DNA of 64,000 bases from assembly GCA_903813345.2 (NCBI GenBank), contig CAIIXF020000001.1, positions 33,728,001-33,792,000 of the forward strand, given 5' to 3'. The DNA is from Owenia fusiformis (taxonomy: Eukaryota). The position numbers and the translations under genes were made by a program. This document shows, piece by piece, positions 26,300 through 40,400 of this stretch. The notes beneath the pieces were generated by a model. It did not search any database, was not told the DNA's origin, and was given only the letters and a program-made list of their open reading frames with translations. The stretch's first letter is position 1. The number at the start of each line of letters is the position of its first letter.

Positions 26300-27340
26300 A
26301 TATACCAACCAACTGATATACCAACAACATAATACCCTAAACCGGCCATTTGTATCTTAACCCAATAATACACCACAACCCGATAGGACACAGCCCGTAA
26401 CACGACATATATAACCTATTACAACCAAACACAACCTAGGTCACCAATCATACAACAGTACAATAGAACATAACCCAGTGACAACATACACAGAACGCAA
26501 CAGAGCATAACCCAGCACCAAAGCCAGCACAGCGCAACCTGCCTTTCAACCACCAAAACACAACTAACTGTCAAATTAACACAATATGTCACAACCCAAT
26601 GATAAAACAACAAAGGCAAACACAACCAATTGTTGAACTAACTCAACACAATTGTGCACAACCCAACAGTAAACAATTAAAACAAAAATCGGGCACAACC
26701 AATAAAACACAACTAAAATAACAACCACGAAAACACAAGGAACTGTGAAATTATCACCACACAATTTGGCACAACCCAATTATAAACCAACAAAAGCAAA
26801 CACAACCCATTGTTCAAGTAACACAACACAATTTTCCAAAACCAAAAACCAAACAATCAAAACAAAATCAGGCACAAGCAATAACACACAATCAAACCAA
26901 TATACACAACTAACTTACTCCAATTGGAGGCAACGCCAATCACAACACAATCAGACACAACCAGATACCTTACCTGACTAGCTACAACCAGCTATGCAAC
27001 CAACATAACATATTCACAAGAGAACACAACCCATTATAAAATTAACATAACACAATGGGGCACAACCCGATACTAAATCACCAGACTAACAACCATCAAA
27101 AGACAACCGACTCTCAAACTGACACAACACAATTCGGCAATATCTACCTGACAGTAACCCACCATTACATAACCAGGCTCAACTAAATACTTATCCATTA
27201 ATCAACCCATCAAAACACACTCAGGCACAACCAATAAACCACAACGAAACGTTGATACCGATATAATCAACTAACATATTCCAACTGGAGACAACTGCAA
27301 AATACAATCGGGGACAACCCGATATCTACTTGAATTACAA
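26300..27340. repeat. C/A-rich low-complexity tract with cryptic CACAAC motifs
   Basis: Strong strand asymmetry. Degenerate duplication between about 26570-26715 and 26745-26895. Confidence 0.7.
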
Positions 27341-30300
27341 CCCCCCCCCCCCTTTCCCTATCATCACAAGGCTGCTGATGAAAACATATCATGAACCACC
27401 ACCCGAGAGTTAGATACATCTGGGGCCCCTACCATGACTTATATGTAAGGAAGAAGGTCTGTTTCAGGATCAGGATGTCAGGCCTTTCTTTTAAAACAAT
27501 GAAAACAGGAAATGACACGCCATTGTCATCATCCTATGATCAATTAAATATACTCTACCTGTCACATAATCACTGACGGTGGTTCGGGGAAGCTTGGGCA
27601 CTAAGCTTTAGGGCACTAGTCTCCCTGGTCCCCCAAACGAGGCCGCTTACTATTTGACACGGATCGCATGACTTGATGCATGTTCAAGTCATACCAGGGG
27701 AAGAAGCTCCCCTGGCTAGAAATTTTATGATCATCCTGAGCACTTTAATTTCGGGAGTTCTTTTAGCCAAAATTGTCAAAAAGCTCCCCCTTGGCAAAAG
27801 CTGGATACGGGACGCCACCTTTAGACCCAATATCACATTCATACTGCTATACTAGCCCAAAACCCTCCTCTATATGAATTTAGAGCGTGACTTGGGGCAC
27901 AAAATATAAATCCAGGTGGTCTAGTTGCTACCACTGGTTTGATGTCCCTAAGAAATTGACTACGGTATTACTATTGACCCTAGAAATTATAGACCCTACG
28001 GCTGCCTACCAACAAATATGACTAAATTCTGGATGAGCGTGGTGTAAAAGTGGTTTTGAAAAAAAGCAAATTTCTCTTAGTGTAGGTAATTTGTGGTTTA
28101 TGATTCTACATTGATTCTGAAAATACTGGTGTCTAGTTTTTCAGCGTTTTGGAAATATTCAGATTTATACCCCCCTTGTTTGATTTTGAGGGGGGTACTA
28201 GGAAGCCCATGTAAAATTCCTAGAATTTACAACCAATCATTTTGATATTTACAGGTAATCATGTACTTATTATGTCCTACAAAAGTAATAAGTTTCATGA
28301 AAGTTAGTCAACTGGTTGCTATGGAAACGGAGATCATATGTCAAAAAGTACACAATTCCGTCAAAATGTAAGACACCCCATGAGACAAAACACATATTAT
28401 TTTAATGAAATTGGAAAGAAACACCATGAAAACATTTTAGAAAACTTATTCAGAGTATGTTTGATAATATTAAATCAAGTGCTGTTTTATCCTAACCACA
28501 CAGTGAAATCTATTGCTCATGATTATATGGCAATGCAAATTAATATAGAAAGGGGACGTGGCACTTTTCCAAAGAATTCTTAACTTGTGTCCAAATTTTT
28601 GAAGAAGATAAATAACCAATTGTCCTGTTATTTACAGATATAATTCACATCATTATGTTTGCCTATCATGGAAAGTTTCATCAGTGTTGGTTTACTGGTT
28701 ACTATACTATGCAGATTTATACCCCTTGGTATGATTTTTAATGGGGGTACAATGAAAGCCATCTATAATATAGAAGAATAATCTAAGAATATACAGCCAA
28801 TCATCAAGATATTTACAGGTAATCGTCTACATATCATGTCTTACAACCATGACAATTTTCATCAATGTGTATCAATTGGTTGCTATGGAAACATAAATCA
28901 TTTTTTCAAAAGTACACATTTAGGGAGGTACAATGAAAGCCATATATAATTCCTAGAATATCTAACCAATCATCTTGTTATTGGCAGGTAGTTATCTACT
29001 CACCATGTTCTTCAACTATGACAAAGTTCATAAATGCGGGGCAAATGGTTGCTATGGTAACAGAAATCATTTGTTAAAAAGTACACATTAGGGCGTACAA
29101 TGAAAGCCATTTATAATTCCTTAAATATCAAAACAATCATTATGATATTTACAGACAATCTACTACTTATCATGTCCTACCATGATGACAAGTTTCATCA
29201 ATGTGGGTCAAATGTGGGTAGAAATCTATTTTTTTAAAAGTACACATTTCATAAAATTTTAAGACACACCCTAAGACATTGAAAATCTTCATCAAATTGG
29301 GAGGAATTAGCATGAAAACATTTTTAAAAACCTATTTTGAGTATGTCTGATAATATTTAATCAATGGATATTTCATCTGGGCCATTTGATATATTGTATT
29401 TGCTTATGATAATAAAACTATGCAGAATGCGGCTGTCACATTATGCGTAGGGACATAGTAAATTTTGAGCTGATCTCACTTAGTCATCTTTTATATCATT
29501 TGCATCAAAATCCTCATTCATAGATCTTTCAACGTCTACTTCTGTCAAAGCATCCGTTGCAATCTTTATGTGACTGTATGTCTATGAGATCATCAGGTGG
29601 AATGGGTTGGTCTGGCCAATTTGGCTCTATTTTGCCATCAACAAGTTACCACGTCACTTGTAATAAACAAACCAAGAGATATATACAACTATTACACCCA
29701 ATTAAAAATACTGGAAATGATTCTTAATGAATTCTTAAAACTATGAACAGTTGAAAAAAACCATCAGACATAAAAAAGTTGAGAACAACAGCATGTATTA
29801 TTCTGAGTGTAAAACATGTCCGTTGTGTTACGCGGTATATGGCATATATTCATGGTTGCGTGGTATTTGTGATACGGGTGAATATGCCATACTCACCTGC
29901 AGTATATGGCATATTCCGCAGGTGAGTATGCGATATTCCGCAGTGAATATGCGATAGATTGATTTCAGTGAAAATCCGATACTCACTTGCGGAATATGTC
30001 ATACTCACTTGCGGAATATGCCATACACCACAGGTGAATATGACATACACAGGCAATTTTTTCCATCACAATTTCCATAAAAAATCCATACAGATTCTTT
30101 ACTGTCAAAACTGTAATGAAACTGTTCGGACTTGATCACGGCAATGTTTCGATAAAGAAACGAGTTTACAGAATCTGTAATGATACTGCATTTATTCTGT
30201 AAATATAAGTTTCAAATTTTACTGATTCAATAGAGTTTTTGTAAAGATTCTCTAGTTTTTCTTTGCATATTCATGACAGACTTCTGCTGCTTTCCTCATG

Positions 30301-31597
30301 GATTCTTAACAGCTTCTTTATGTATTCGTTGATAAATATTTGAAGTTATTTTAATGATTCTCTAAAAATTCAGTAAAAGCCCTCAATAACAAAAGATTTT
30401 ATTGTATATAGTTAATCGATTTATATTTATTAATAGTCTTTGTCAATACAATTTACATGTAATCTAAAGTGCATACAGCAAATATGTGTCTTAGTGAACA
30501 CTTTTATGTGTAAGAATCTGTATATCATGGATATACAGTGAACACCCCTTAGTAATGTTTATGGAATCCTTTTTTTGTTTAACCTCATATGGAATATAAA
30601 TATAGCACCACAAATATTTTTGTATACAGCAAATATGTGTCTTGGTAAACACTTCTATGTGAAAACCTGTCTCTATATATCATGGATATATCATGGTTAT
30701 ATATATAATGAAAACTCCTTTGTCTCTGTAATGCTTATGGAGTTATTTTTTATTGATCCTCAGTCATGATTATATATAAATATAACGCCACAGATTTCTG
30801 TGTCAATAGCAAATATGTGTCTTAGTAACCATCTCTAAGTGAAAACCTATCTCTATATATCATGGCTATACAGTGAACACTCCTTTGTCTCTGTAATGCT
30901 GTAATGCTTATGGTCCTCACAGTCATGATTATAATTATAAATAAAACATATAAATATAATGCCACATATTTCTCTATATACAGTAAATATGTGTCTTGGT
31001 GAACACCTCTAAGTGAAAACCTATCTCTACATATCATGGCTATATACAATGAACGCTCCTTTGTCTCTGTAATGCTTATGGAGTTATTTTTTCTTGATCA
31101 AAGTCATGATTATAGTTATAAATAAAACATATAAATATAATGCCACATATTTCTCTATATACAGTAAATATGTGTCTTGGTGAGCACTTCTAAGTGGAAA
31201 CCTGTCTCTATATATCATGGATATACTGTGAACACTCCTTTGTCTCTGTAATGGATATTGAGTTATGTTTATTGATCCTCACAGTCATGATATAAATATA
31301 ACATATAAATAATCCACCACAGATTTCTGTATACAGCAAATAAGTGTCTTGGTGAACACCTCAAAATGAAAACCTGTCTCTATATATCATGTGAACAGTA
31401 CAATATTATAATATACTCTAAGCAAGTAAAAAATTGAAACCATCTATTTCTGAAAGTATGACCAATTCAGACCACAAATGACTGTTTAGTGTTTACAAAC
31501 TAACACCACAGTAAAATTGTGAACTTTCCAACCAAAACTTGCTTACAACATTATTAATTTCCTTTAACAATCTAATGGTACCAAGTTTATATCAGTC

Positions 31598-32102
31598 TTT
31601 TTCTTTTATTCTTTATTTCTACCCACACTTGTGAGCATAAAATAGTACATATACATACAATGATAATACAGTTTAGTTTAATTCACTACCACCAATAATC
31701 TTCATCAATTTACTTAATTGCACAGAATATTTAATATTTGACAACAAACTTTTAAATTTTAACATATTTGGTTGTCTAATGAAGTAGTTATCTAGAAGTA
31801 TTTTTCTGTCATCTTCAAAAAGCTTACATTCTAAAATATAATGGTACTCATCTCCTAGTCTGCTACATTTGGTACACACTCTCTCTAACCTTGGTCTTTT
31901 TATGTATCTCCCTGTTTCTATAGGAAGATTATGATTTGAAGTTCTAAGTTTTGTTATATATAATCTAGTGCTTATTGGTTGACATAAATAGGGTTCAAAA
32001 ATAAATTTGTTCTTAATGCTACAATATGTAAAATATGAAGTTTTAGATTTATCTAAGTCTGATAGCCATTGCTGTAGGAATTGATTTTTTAGTTTCCTCT
32101 TA
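31598..32102 (-). mobile_element. 3' end of a LINE, specific to copy 2
   Basis: Minus frame ...RTSNHNLPIETGRY...CTKCSRLGDEYHYILEC (C-terminal CCHC motif of ORF2) and an A-rich tail. Absent at the equivalent site of copy 1 (about 17840). Confidence 0.85.
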
Positions 32103-32361
32103 TCATTTATTCATCTTACATAATAATCAGATTACTAAATGTTTATTAATGTGTAATATTCTGAAATATTACAAAACATGGATGTTGGGCTTAAAATGAG
32201 CGGATTTATTTTAATTAATAAATCTTATTACAAAACACATCTTCTTACAAAACATATCAAATTATTCATATTGCCAATGTAAGTTGTTTACAATGCAAGG
32301 CAATATATAAAACCGCCCTATGATAAACATATATATATTTAATAAAATACATGATGTTTAA

Positions 32362-32719
32362 AGGTGCAATAATTAGTGCAGAGGGGTCATTCAACGATTG
32401 TGGACCAGTGTCAAAATATATTTAAGTTTGGATATCTCATCAAGACTTACATCTATTTTTATCATCTACAAAGAAACCCCCTAGATAAACATTATATTAG
32501 CTGATATTCCTCTTGAAACATGGTGGATCTTAAAAATATAAAAGTGGAAGTCCCCTTTTTGAAGCTTTGAACTGAATTTAAACTTCTTAATGCTAAAATT
32601 GATAATTTATCCATACATTTTAAGAAAATAGGTATGTCAAAGAAAATGTTAAACCAAATGTTGCCTTGACAGCTCAGAAAAAATACTTTCCTATTTTCTC
32701 TACAGTCCTTATTGCCCCT
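32362..32719. mobile_element. Kolobok-like MITE with TTAA TSD, specific to copy 2
   Basis: TTAA|AGGTGCAATAA...TTATTGCCCCT|TTAA. The empty site GATGTTTAAGTCAT is at about 18090. Confidence 0.85.
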
Positions 32720-34940
32720 TTAAGTCATAAATCATACCCCTCTAAATTTGGGAGGGTGGAAGAGGAAAATTCATTTTTTCAAGACCCCCAGCGAACCCCC
32801 GCCCAGAGTACTATTTTACACTGAACAAATGTTGATCCCGGGGATATTTTATACGTGTCTTACATAAAATTTAATTTTTAAAATAAATATACATTAATTT
32901 GTGTAATATTCTGAAATATAATTCAAAACGTGGATGTCTATAAAACATGGATATTTATAAAATAAATATACAAATAAATATGCAATTAAACCAAATTACA
33001 AAATTTAAAGTTCTAAGTCACATAAGTCATTATAAACTGATAAAACATCCTTTTAATGAAGGACCCACGGTCCTGTGCTCACACAGTTTCTTGGAACCTT
33101 CAGAAGAATGTATATCCTGACTTTCAAACAAAAATATTGATTTGGATTTGTAGTCTCGAACTTTGAGAAACTTAGATAGCACAGTTGTGTGACCTAGTTT
33201 GATGACCCTTGACCTTGAAAATTTTACTTATTCAGAGCTCAGTAAGGTCTCTTGTGATTAAGCTGACCAAAATTTACATCCAAAAATCAATTTGAAAAAT
33301 CAACTTTTTTGACCTTTCGAAGGTCAATGAAGGTCAACTGAATGTCAAATCCTAAAACTAATGTCAGATTTGAACTCCTGGCAACTTGTAGATGATTTTC
33401 AAAAAAAAATTGGTCAAACTGAAGACGTCAAATATCTCAAAAACGATAAAAATTTGATGCTGACATATATTGAGCAATATGTAGGGAATGCTTAAATCTA
33501 GTAATGATGTAATTCATTGCAAGAAATGATCAAGTATAAGGCAAACTTTGAGAAACTTGTCAATCACAAAACCTGCCATTGACTTTATGCATGAGAAAGT
33601 TTCCTGAAAATGTCAAAGTCCTACTTTTTGTCAAATTTTATAGAGTAAACACCAAAAACTGTAATTCCAAGAGCTTTGAAATCTTCAGAGGACATAAGTT
33701 GCATATACAGCAACTACTAAAAGTTATTTGAAAGTTCTACTTGAACAAAATGTGTAGAATTTACAGAAAATTTGACTTTTTGACATCAAAATCCGCAATT
33801 TCTCGGAAACCGGGCGAACTTGGGAAATGGCGATGATAGGTCAAATAGGCATTATGGATATGTATAAAATGAATGTGGATATGACTCAATCCGAATAGCA
33901 GTTTTAATTTGTGCGGCCAATGTTGAGGGATGGACGGACCAACGGGCGGACTGACGGACCAACGGACATCTTGTAATATATAGATACACTGTCCCACATG
34001 TTTTGTTAAAGAGCAACTGAAGCATACAATCTTTCCACAAAGATAACGAATGGACGGACGGACCAACGGACGGACGCCTGGTCGATCCCATAGGCTCACT
34101 GTGTGAGCCAAAAATACAATAGGCATATTTGGAGTACATTTCGGTAGCCAAAGTAATATTGGCCTATTTACTTTGGTTTTACTATTTTTTATTTAACAGT
34201 GAATAACTTAGTAGCTTGTGAGACAACTATAGTTCTTACCATGCATAAAACGAGCCCTAGAATGAAGAAAATGCAAATACATGTATCTGGCTCTTCTGGA
34301 TGACATGACTGTAGCGATACGAGAAAACCAACTGATAACCATACACTTCCTAAAGGTGCCAAAGCATTTAATCATAGTCCTGCTATTTCTTCACAATCTG
34401 CAAGTGAACTCCTACTTTTCATAATCTAAATAAAATGTGATTGTGACTGAGCAATTATAACAGACATGATAACTTTTCATAATTTTGTAATGTTGCTTCA
34501 TTTTGCTCAAATAATTCAGGATGAGCTTATTTGAGCTTCATTTTGTTCAACTGTACATAGGATTAGAATTGTTGAATGAACTGAAGCCCCCATTGCATAG
34601 TTTTGATAAGATGACAACTATAGAAGATTACCTCGCACCCAAGGATATGTATAATTTTCATTTTAAATAAATATGTTTCATTTTTAACAGACACACATAC
34701 ATGCTCTTACAACTTGTAGGTTACAAGCAACAATTATTCGTGAACACAATCATTCAACTATCTGTATAACCAGAGATGCTTCAGGACTTTCTTCCCTCTT
34801 TTGTTTTCTTGGTCTTTAATACTGTAGTATTGTCATTGTGAAGGTGATCAGACAGTACATTTTCCTGGATGAGAATAAGTCCCTTGCATTTGTACAGTAG
34901 ACACATTATATAATATAGCACCATCATGGAAAAACATTGT

Positions 34941-37422
34941 ACAGCTGACAGCTGTACAGGCAGTCCCACTGCAAATTGGTGCTCCATTGTAATTTGTAAA
35001 CCAAAAGGTGGTTTCCTCAGCTTCACTAAACTACATCATAAAGATTCCCTGTGCTGGAGCGTCTTCCAGGAAGTAAATCAAAGTAAATTGTTCTGTCCTC
35101 CATGTTTGTTCAAACTTGAAACCTGAAAGTGCAAATCCAAAAATTCATGAGCTATTATTTGGTGCATTTTGGAGTTTCAAAGGCAAAAATCAAATAGACA
35201 AATAAAAATAATATCATAACTGTGCCCGTGAAAAAACCAAATGGCTACATGTTCACTGTACCCATAAGATGAGCGAACACAGCTATATATACACTTTACC
35301 AATAAATTGAGCAAACAGCTACGCTACATGTTTACTTTCACAATACTGTGCCCATGAAATGAGCAAACAGCTACTTGTGTACTGTGCCCATAAAATGAGC
35401 AAACAGCTACATGTGTACTGTGCCCATGAAATGAGCAAACAGCTTCATGTCACTGTGCCCATGAAATGAGCAAACATCTAAGCATGTCACTGTGCCCATG
35501 AAATGAGCAAACAGCTACATGTGTACTGTGCCCATGAAATCAGTGAGCAAACAGCTAAACGAGCAATGGACCAATGATATGAATAAATAGGTATATGCCT
35601 ATTGTGCCTATGAAATGAGCAAATGATACACTGTACCAACAAAATAAGCAAGCATCTACTTACGTCGTAATGTCCCATGCAATATCCACAGGCTCTGCAG
35701 GTTCAGCAAATTGAAAGGATTTGTACGTGCTTGTTTTCTTGTGTGTTGCACTTGTACTTTATGTTGTAAATCTATCCCTCAATGTCAGCCATTGTGCTAG
35801 TCTTTCAATTTCAAAATCCGAAGGTCGAGTAAACTTTGTCATGATCACGAGAATATATCGACACTACAGAAGTAGATCTAACAGTAAGGCGGGTAGCCTG
35901 GGGCGGGTAGTAAAGTCATATAGTCTACTTGCACTCGTATTGTACCATTTAACTGTGAACCATTAAATTCCATTTATCATAATATCACAGGAAACATAGC
36001 TGATCTGTGAAGCATAAAGTTTACTTCCTGTCCTCCTCCTCCATTCTATTGTGAGATGTTGTAAGCTTACGAATATTTTGGGGAATTTCCGCTGAATTTC
36101 AGTGAATTTTCTGACTTCTATCTGGAATATTATCTCCTTCGGTGCTTTTCAGCTTAAAATCCTAAAGCCTACAGACTCCTGACAGCTGACAGCTGTACAG
36201 GCAGTCCCACTGCAAATTGGTGCTCCATTGTAATTTGTAAACCAAAAGGTGGTTTCCTCAGCTTCACTAAACTACATCATAAAGATTCCCTGTGCTGGAG
36301 CGTCTTCCAGGAAGTAAATCAAAGTAAATTGTTCTGTCCTCCATGTTTGTTCAAACTTGAAACCTGAAAGTGCAAATCCAAAAATTCATGAGCTATTATT
36401 TGGTGCATTTTGGAGTTTCAAAGGCAAAAATCAAATAGACAAATAAAAATAATATCATAACTGTGCCCATGAAAAAACCAAATGGCTACATGTTCACTGT
36501 ACCCATAAGATGAGCGAACACAGGTATATATACACTTTACCAATAAATTGAGCAAACAGCTACGCTACATGTTTACTTTCACAATACTGTGCCCATGAAA
36601 TGAGCAAACAGCTACTTGTGTACTGTGCCCATAAAATGAGCAAACAGCTACATGTGTACTGTGCCCATGAAATGAGCAAACAGCTTCATGTCACTGTGCC
36701 CATGAAATGAGCAAACATCTAAGCATGTCACTGTGCCCATGAAATGAGCAAACAGCTACATGTGTACTGTGCCCATGAAATCAGTGAGCAAACAGCTAAA
36801 CGAGCAATGGACCAATGATATGAATAAATAGGTATAAGCCTATTGTGCCTATGAAATGAACAAACGATACACTGTACCAACAAAATAAGCAAGCATCTAC
36901 TTATGTCGTAATGTCCCATGCAATATCCACAGGCTCTGCAGGTTCAGCAAATTGAAAGGATTTGTACGTGCTTGTTTTCTTGTGTGTTGCACTTGTACTT
37001 TATGTTGTAAATCTATCCCTCAATGTCAGCCATTGTGCTAGTCTTTCAATTTCAAAATCCGAAGGTCGAGTAAACTTTGTCATGATCACGAGAATATATC
37101 GACACTACAGTAGTAGATCTAACAGTAAGGCGGGTAGCCTGGGGCGGGTAGTAAAGTCATATAGTCTACTTGCACTCGTATTGTACCATTGAACTGTGAA
37201 CCATTAAATTCCATTTATCATAATATCACAGGAAACATAGCTGATCTGTGAAGCATAAAGTTTACTTCCTGTCCTCCTCCTCCATTCTATTGTGAGATGT
37301 TGTAAGCTTACGAATATTTTGGGGAATTTCCGCTGAATTTCAGTGAATTTTCTGACTTCTATCTGGAATATTATCTCCTTCAGTGCTTTTCAGCTTAAAA
37401 TCCTAAAGCCTACAGGCTCCTG
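34941..37422. repeat. 1,241-bp tandem duplication inside copy 2
   Basis: 34941-36181 is repeated at 36182-37422. The paired ORFs 35487/36728 and 35721/36962 are offset by 1,241. Confidence 0.9.
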
Positions 37423-40400
37423 ATAGTTAGTTACATTGTCTGACGACTAAATCCCATCTATGACACCTTGTAAACTGACCTTCTGGATCAATGTATAATC
37501 CAAACATAAAACTACTTGATTTTGCAATGGGCGATATTCTAACTCCCAGATACCAGGATGTGTGTACTGAACGAAACGTTAACTTGTATATCAGACATTG
37601 ATCCCGGGGATTTCTCTCTGTTAAAAACTAAAAGAATTACTTCAGTATTTATAAAAAATATTTCTGGAATTTAAATAAATATTAATTAAAGCTTACCTAA
37701 TATCATATGAAGTAAAAAATGCTTAGCCTAATTATAAGTATTTCAATTTTTACAATTTCAATTGATTTATTGAGGCTATGATTGACTATAATTATACAAT
37801 GAAACTCTTGATTGGTCAGAATAATTGTATGACATTAACCTTTGTCACATGAAAACAATTCTACATGCGTTAAAGAGTCTCTATGCCATAGGATAGCACA
37901 ATCAAGACTGCAAGAAGTCCCAAATCCCCCTCTCTCAGTGGGCTCTCAGTGTTAATTTTGCGATTGTGCTGGCCGATCTAATTATTTTCGAAGAAATTAA
38001 TTCAATCTGAAGTTTGAATATTCCGGGAAAGTCCTCCTGTTATCTGATTGGTCGCTGAATTTGTTTATCATAAACCTGATTGGCTCCCTGGTTCAAGGTG
38101 CTTGTTGGCGCTTGTGTGACTCAATGGTGATTTCCCTCGATAACTGAGGAGATTGGTTGTTCTGTTTTCAATATTTCGGCAATAATATACCCAAAGTTAT
38201 TCTCAAGATATATCCATGGTATGTGAGATATTTTATGAGCAATAACAATAGGACATCATTGATTGTCTGAGGGAGAAATTATGGCATAATGCATCTTATT
38301 TTCTGTATTAATTTACTTGTGTTAAGCATGGATAATGCTAATATGAGGGGACTGGGACTTACATTTTACTTGATTTAAGTTTATTTTCTGTTACAATTTA
38401 CCTTTTATATACTTGCTATGAGCATGGCTATGAGCATGGTTTATACCTATTTTAAGACAGTTAGGACTTGAATTTTACTTGCTTTAGGCTTATTTTCAGT
38501 ATCAATTCGTCAGTGGTCAGGGTACTTTTGGGAGTTTAGGACAAACCTAGTACCTCCCAAAAGTACCCTGACCACTGACGAAACACTGTGTTCCCTCGGG
38601 AAATATTGATATCATTGTTGTGATATTCCCCATATCAAATCCCTCCTTGTGGATAACTACTTTTTATCCAATGGTTGCAAAGATATACATCGAATATCAC
38701 GTGAAGATATATTTCATGATGTGGATCACGATATCATTATCATATATAACTTTAGCAAAAAATCCCCAAACCATCAAAGTGATATTCGATAGTTTCAGAA
38801 GTGATATTCAGCCAGCTTTTGGTATCTGGGAGCTCTGACATCCCCCCTCAAATCTTTGAGGGGACCAAATGGCAAAAAATATTCTGCGCTTGCAAGGATT
38901 TTTTTTTAAAGTAAGGCCAATTTTCTCTTAGAATAAGGCCAATAAAAGCGCTTTAATGCCCTTCAGCACTTTTAAGACCCTTCAACACTTTTTTTTAGCA
39001 AAAAGGTACATATGTCCACATATCTTTAAGGAGATATCAGAAGGGTTGGCTGTAATGGCTGAGCCCCTTCCCCAGGTTATGGGCCTGGATGTAACTTATT
39101 ACTTCTTTGAGATCATCATCCATACATTTTTTGAATTGAATCTATTTTTCAGTAAAGTGTATTCTTTGCAAAATCTTCAATGACAAAGTCATTTTTACAG
39201 AATTTTCAATGTTGTTATTTCTTTACAGAATCTGTTGAGAATTTATTTATTGATTCTTTACAGATCAACACACACACAGTTTCTGCATTGAATCTGTATT
39301 TTTTCTGTAATGAGATTTCTTTGCAGAATCATTAAAGAAAGAAAAACTGTACAGATTCTTCAAATGTATCAAATCTGCAAAGTTTCTTTAATGAATTTCC
39401 GTAAAGATTTTTTAAAGATAGCCATTCTTTACAGAAAATGTAATGGAAAAAATTGCCTGTGTATACTGCAGGTGAAAACATGATACAGAAAGCCTTGATT
39501 TAATTGGTTGCGAGAATCGACTCTAAATGTAAAACGATGCTGGATTACCAATATAGTTAGTGCGTCGAGTACTAATATATGAATCCTGGATTGATTGAGT
39601 AAGTTTATTACGTGAGATTGGTGACTGATACTTCTGCTAAGTTGATATATTCGATACACAGTACTGTTGATTCAGTAATCACTATAATAATTTATAACGT
39701 TTTACTTGTTCGTTCAATCGATGCAATTGACAATTGCGCACTTCCGTATCACGTTCTCATTGGTTAGTGTGTATGCCATATACCGCAGGTGAATCTGTCA
39801 TACACCGCAAGTGAATATGCCATATTCGTTGCGGAATATGACATATTTTTGTATCGTGTTTACCGCGTAACACGTTGATGACCAGTGATGGCAATAAAGC
39901 GTCCACTGTTGTGATTGATTAGATGTGATAAGTTTTATGAAATGTTTCCATGCTTATTTCTCCCAAAATGATGAACATATTATGTGCTTAATGTCAAAGG
40001 TTACATGAGATTTTTACGAAAATGTGTACTCTTTTAACAAATGATTTCTGTTACCATAGCAACCAAATTACCAACATTGAGGCACTTGTTATACTGGTAG
40101 GACATGTAAACGGATGATTACCCGTAAATATCAAGATGATTGATTGATTGAATATTCTAGGAATTATACATGGCTTTCATAGTACCCCCTTAATGTGCAC
40201 TTTTTAACAAATTATTTCTGTTACCAGAGCAACCAATTGACCAACATTGATGGCACTTGTCATACTGGTAGGACATGATAAGCAGATAATTACCTGTAAA
40301 TATCAAGATGATTGATTAAATATTCTGGGAATTATACATAGTACCCCCTTGATGTGCAATTTTTAAGAAATGATTTCTGTTACCATAGCAACCAATTGAC

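Larger units (their letters stand above)
30048..39461. mobile_element. Large non-autonomous TIR element, copy 2 (9,414 bp)
   Basis: Same TIRs as 16338-23806, TA on both sides, different flanking sequence. Confidence 0.9.
29826..39872. mobile_element. TGT...ACA element with 5-bp TSD (Ginger-like MITE or solo LTR), about 630 bp without its insert
   Basis: TGTTACGCGGTA...TACCGCGTAACA; TSD CGTTG at 29821-29825 and 39873-39877; GCGGAATATGCCATA sub-repeats on both sides of the 30048-39461 insertion. Confidence 0.8.

Noticed and set aside
26419..26981. Cys/Val-rich and Thr/Asn/Gln-rich ORFs
   Set aside because: They are by-products of the C/A-skewed low-complexity tract.
35218..35650. CRISPR-like array of roughly 35-bp repeats
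   Set aside because: The units are head-to-tail with no unique spacers, there are no cas genes, and the context is a eukaryotic intron.
16338..39461. Segmental duplication or assembly duplication as the cause of the two long copies
   Set aside because: Homology stops exactly at the TIRs, the flanks differ, each copy has a TA target, and each has private insertions.
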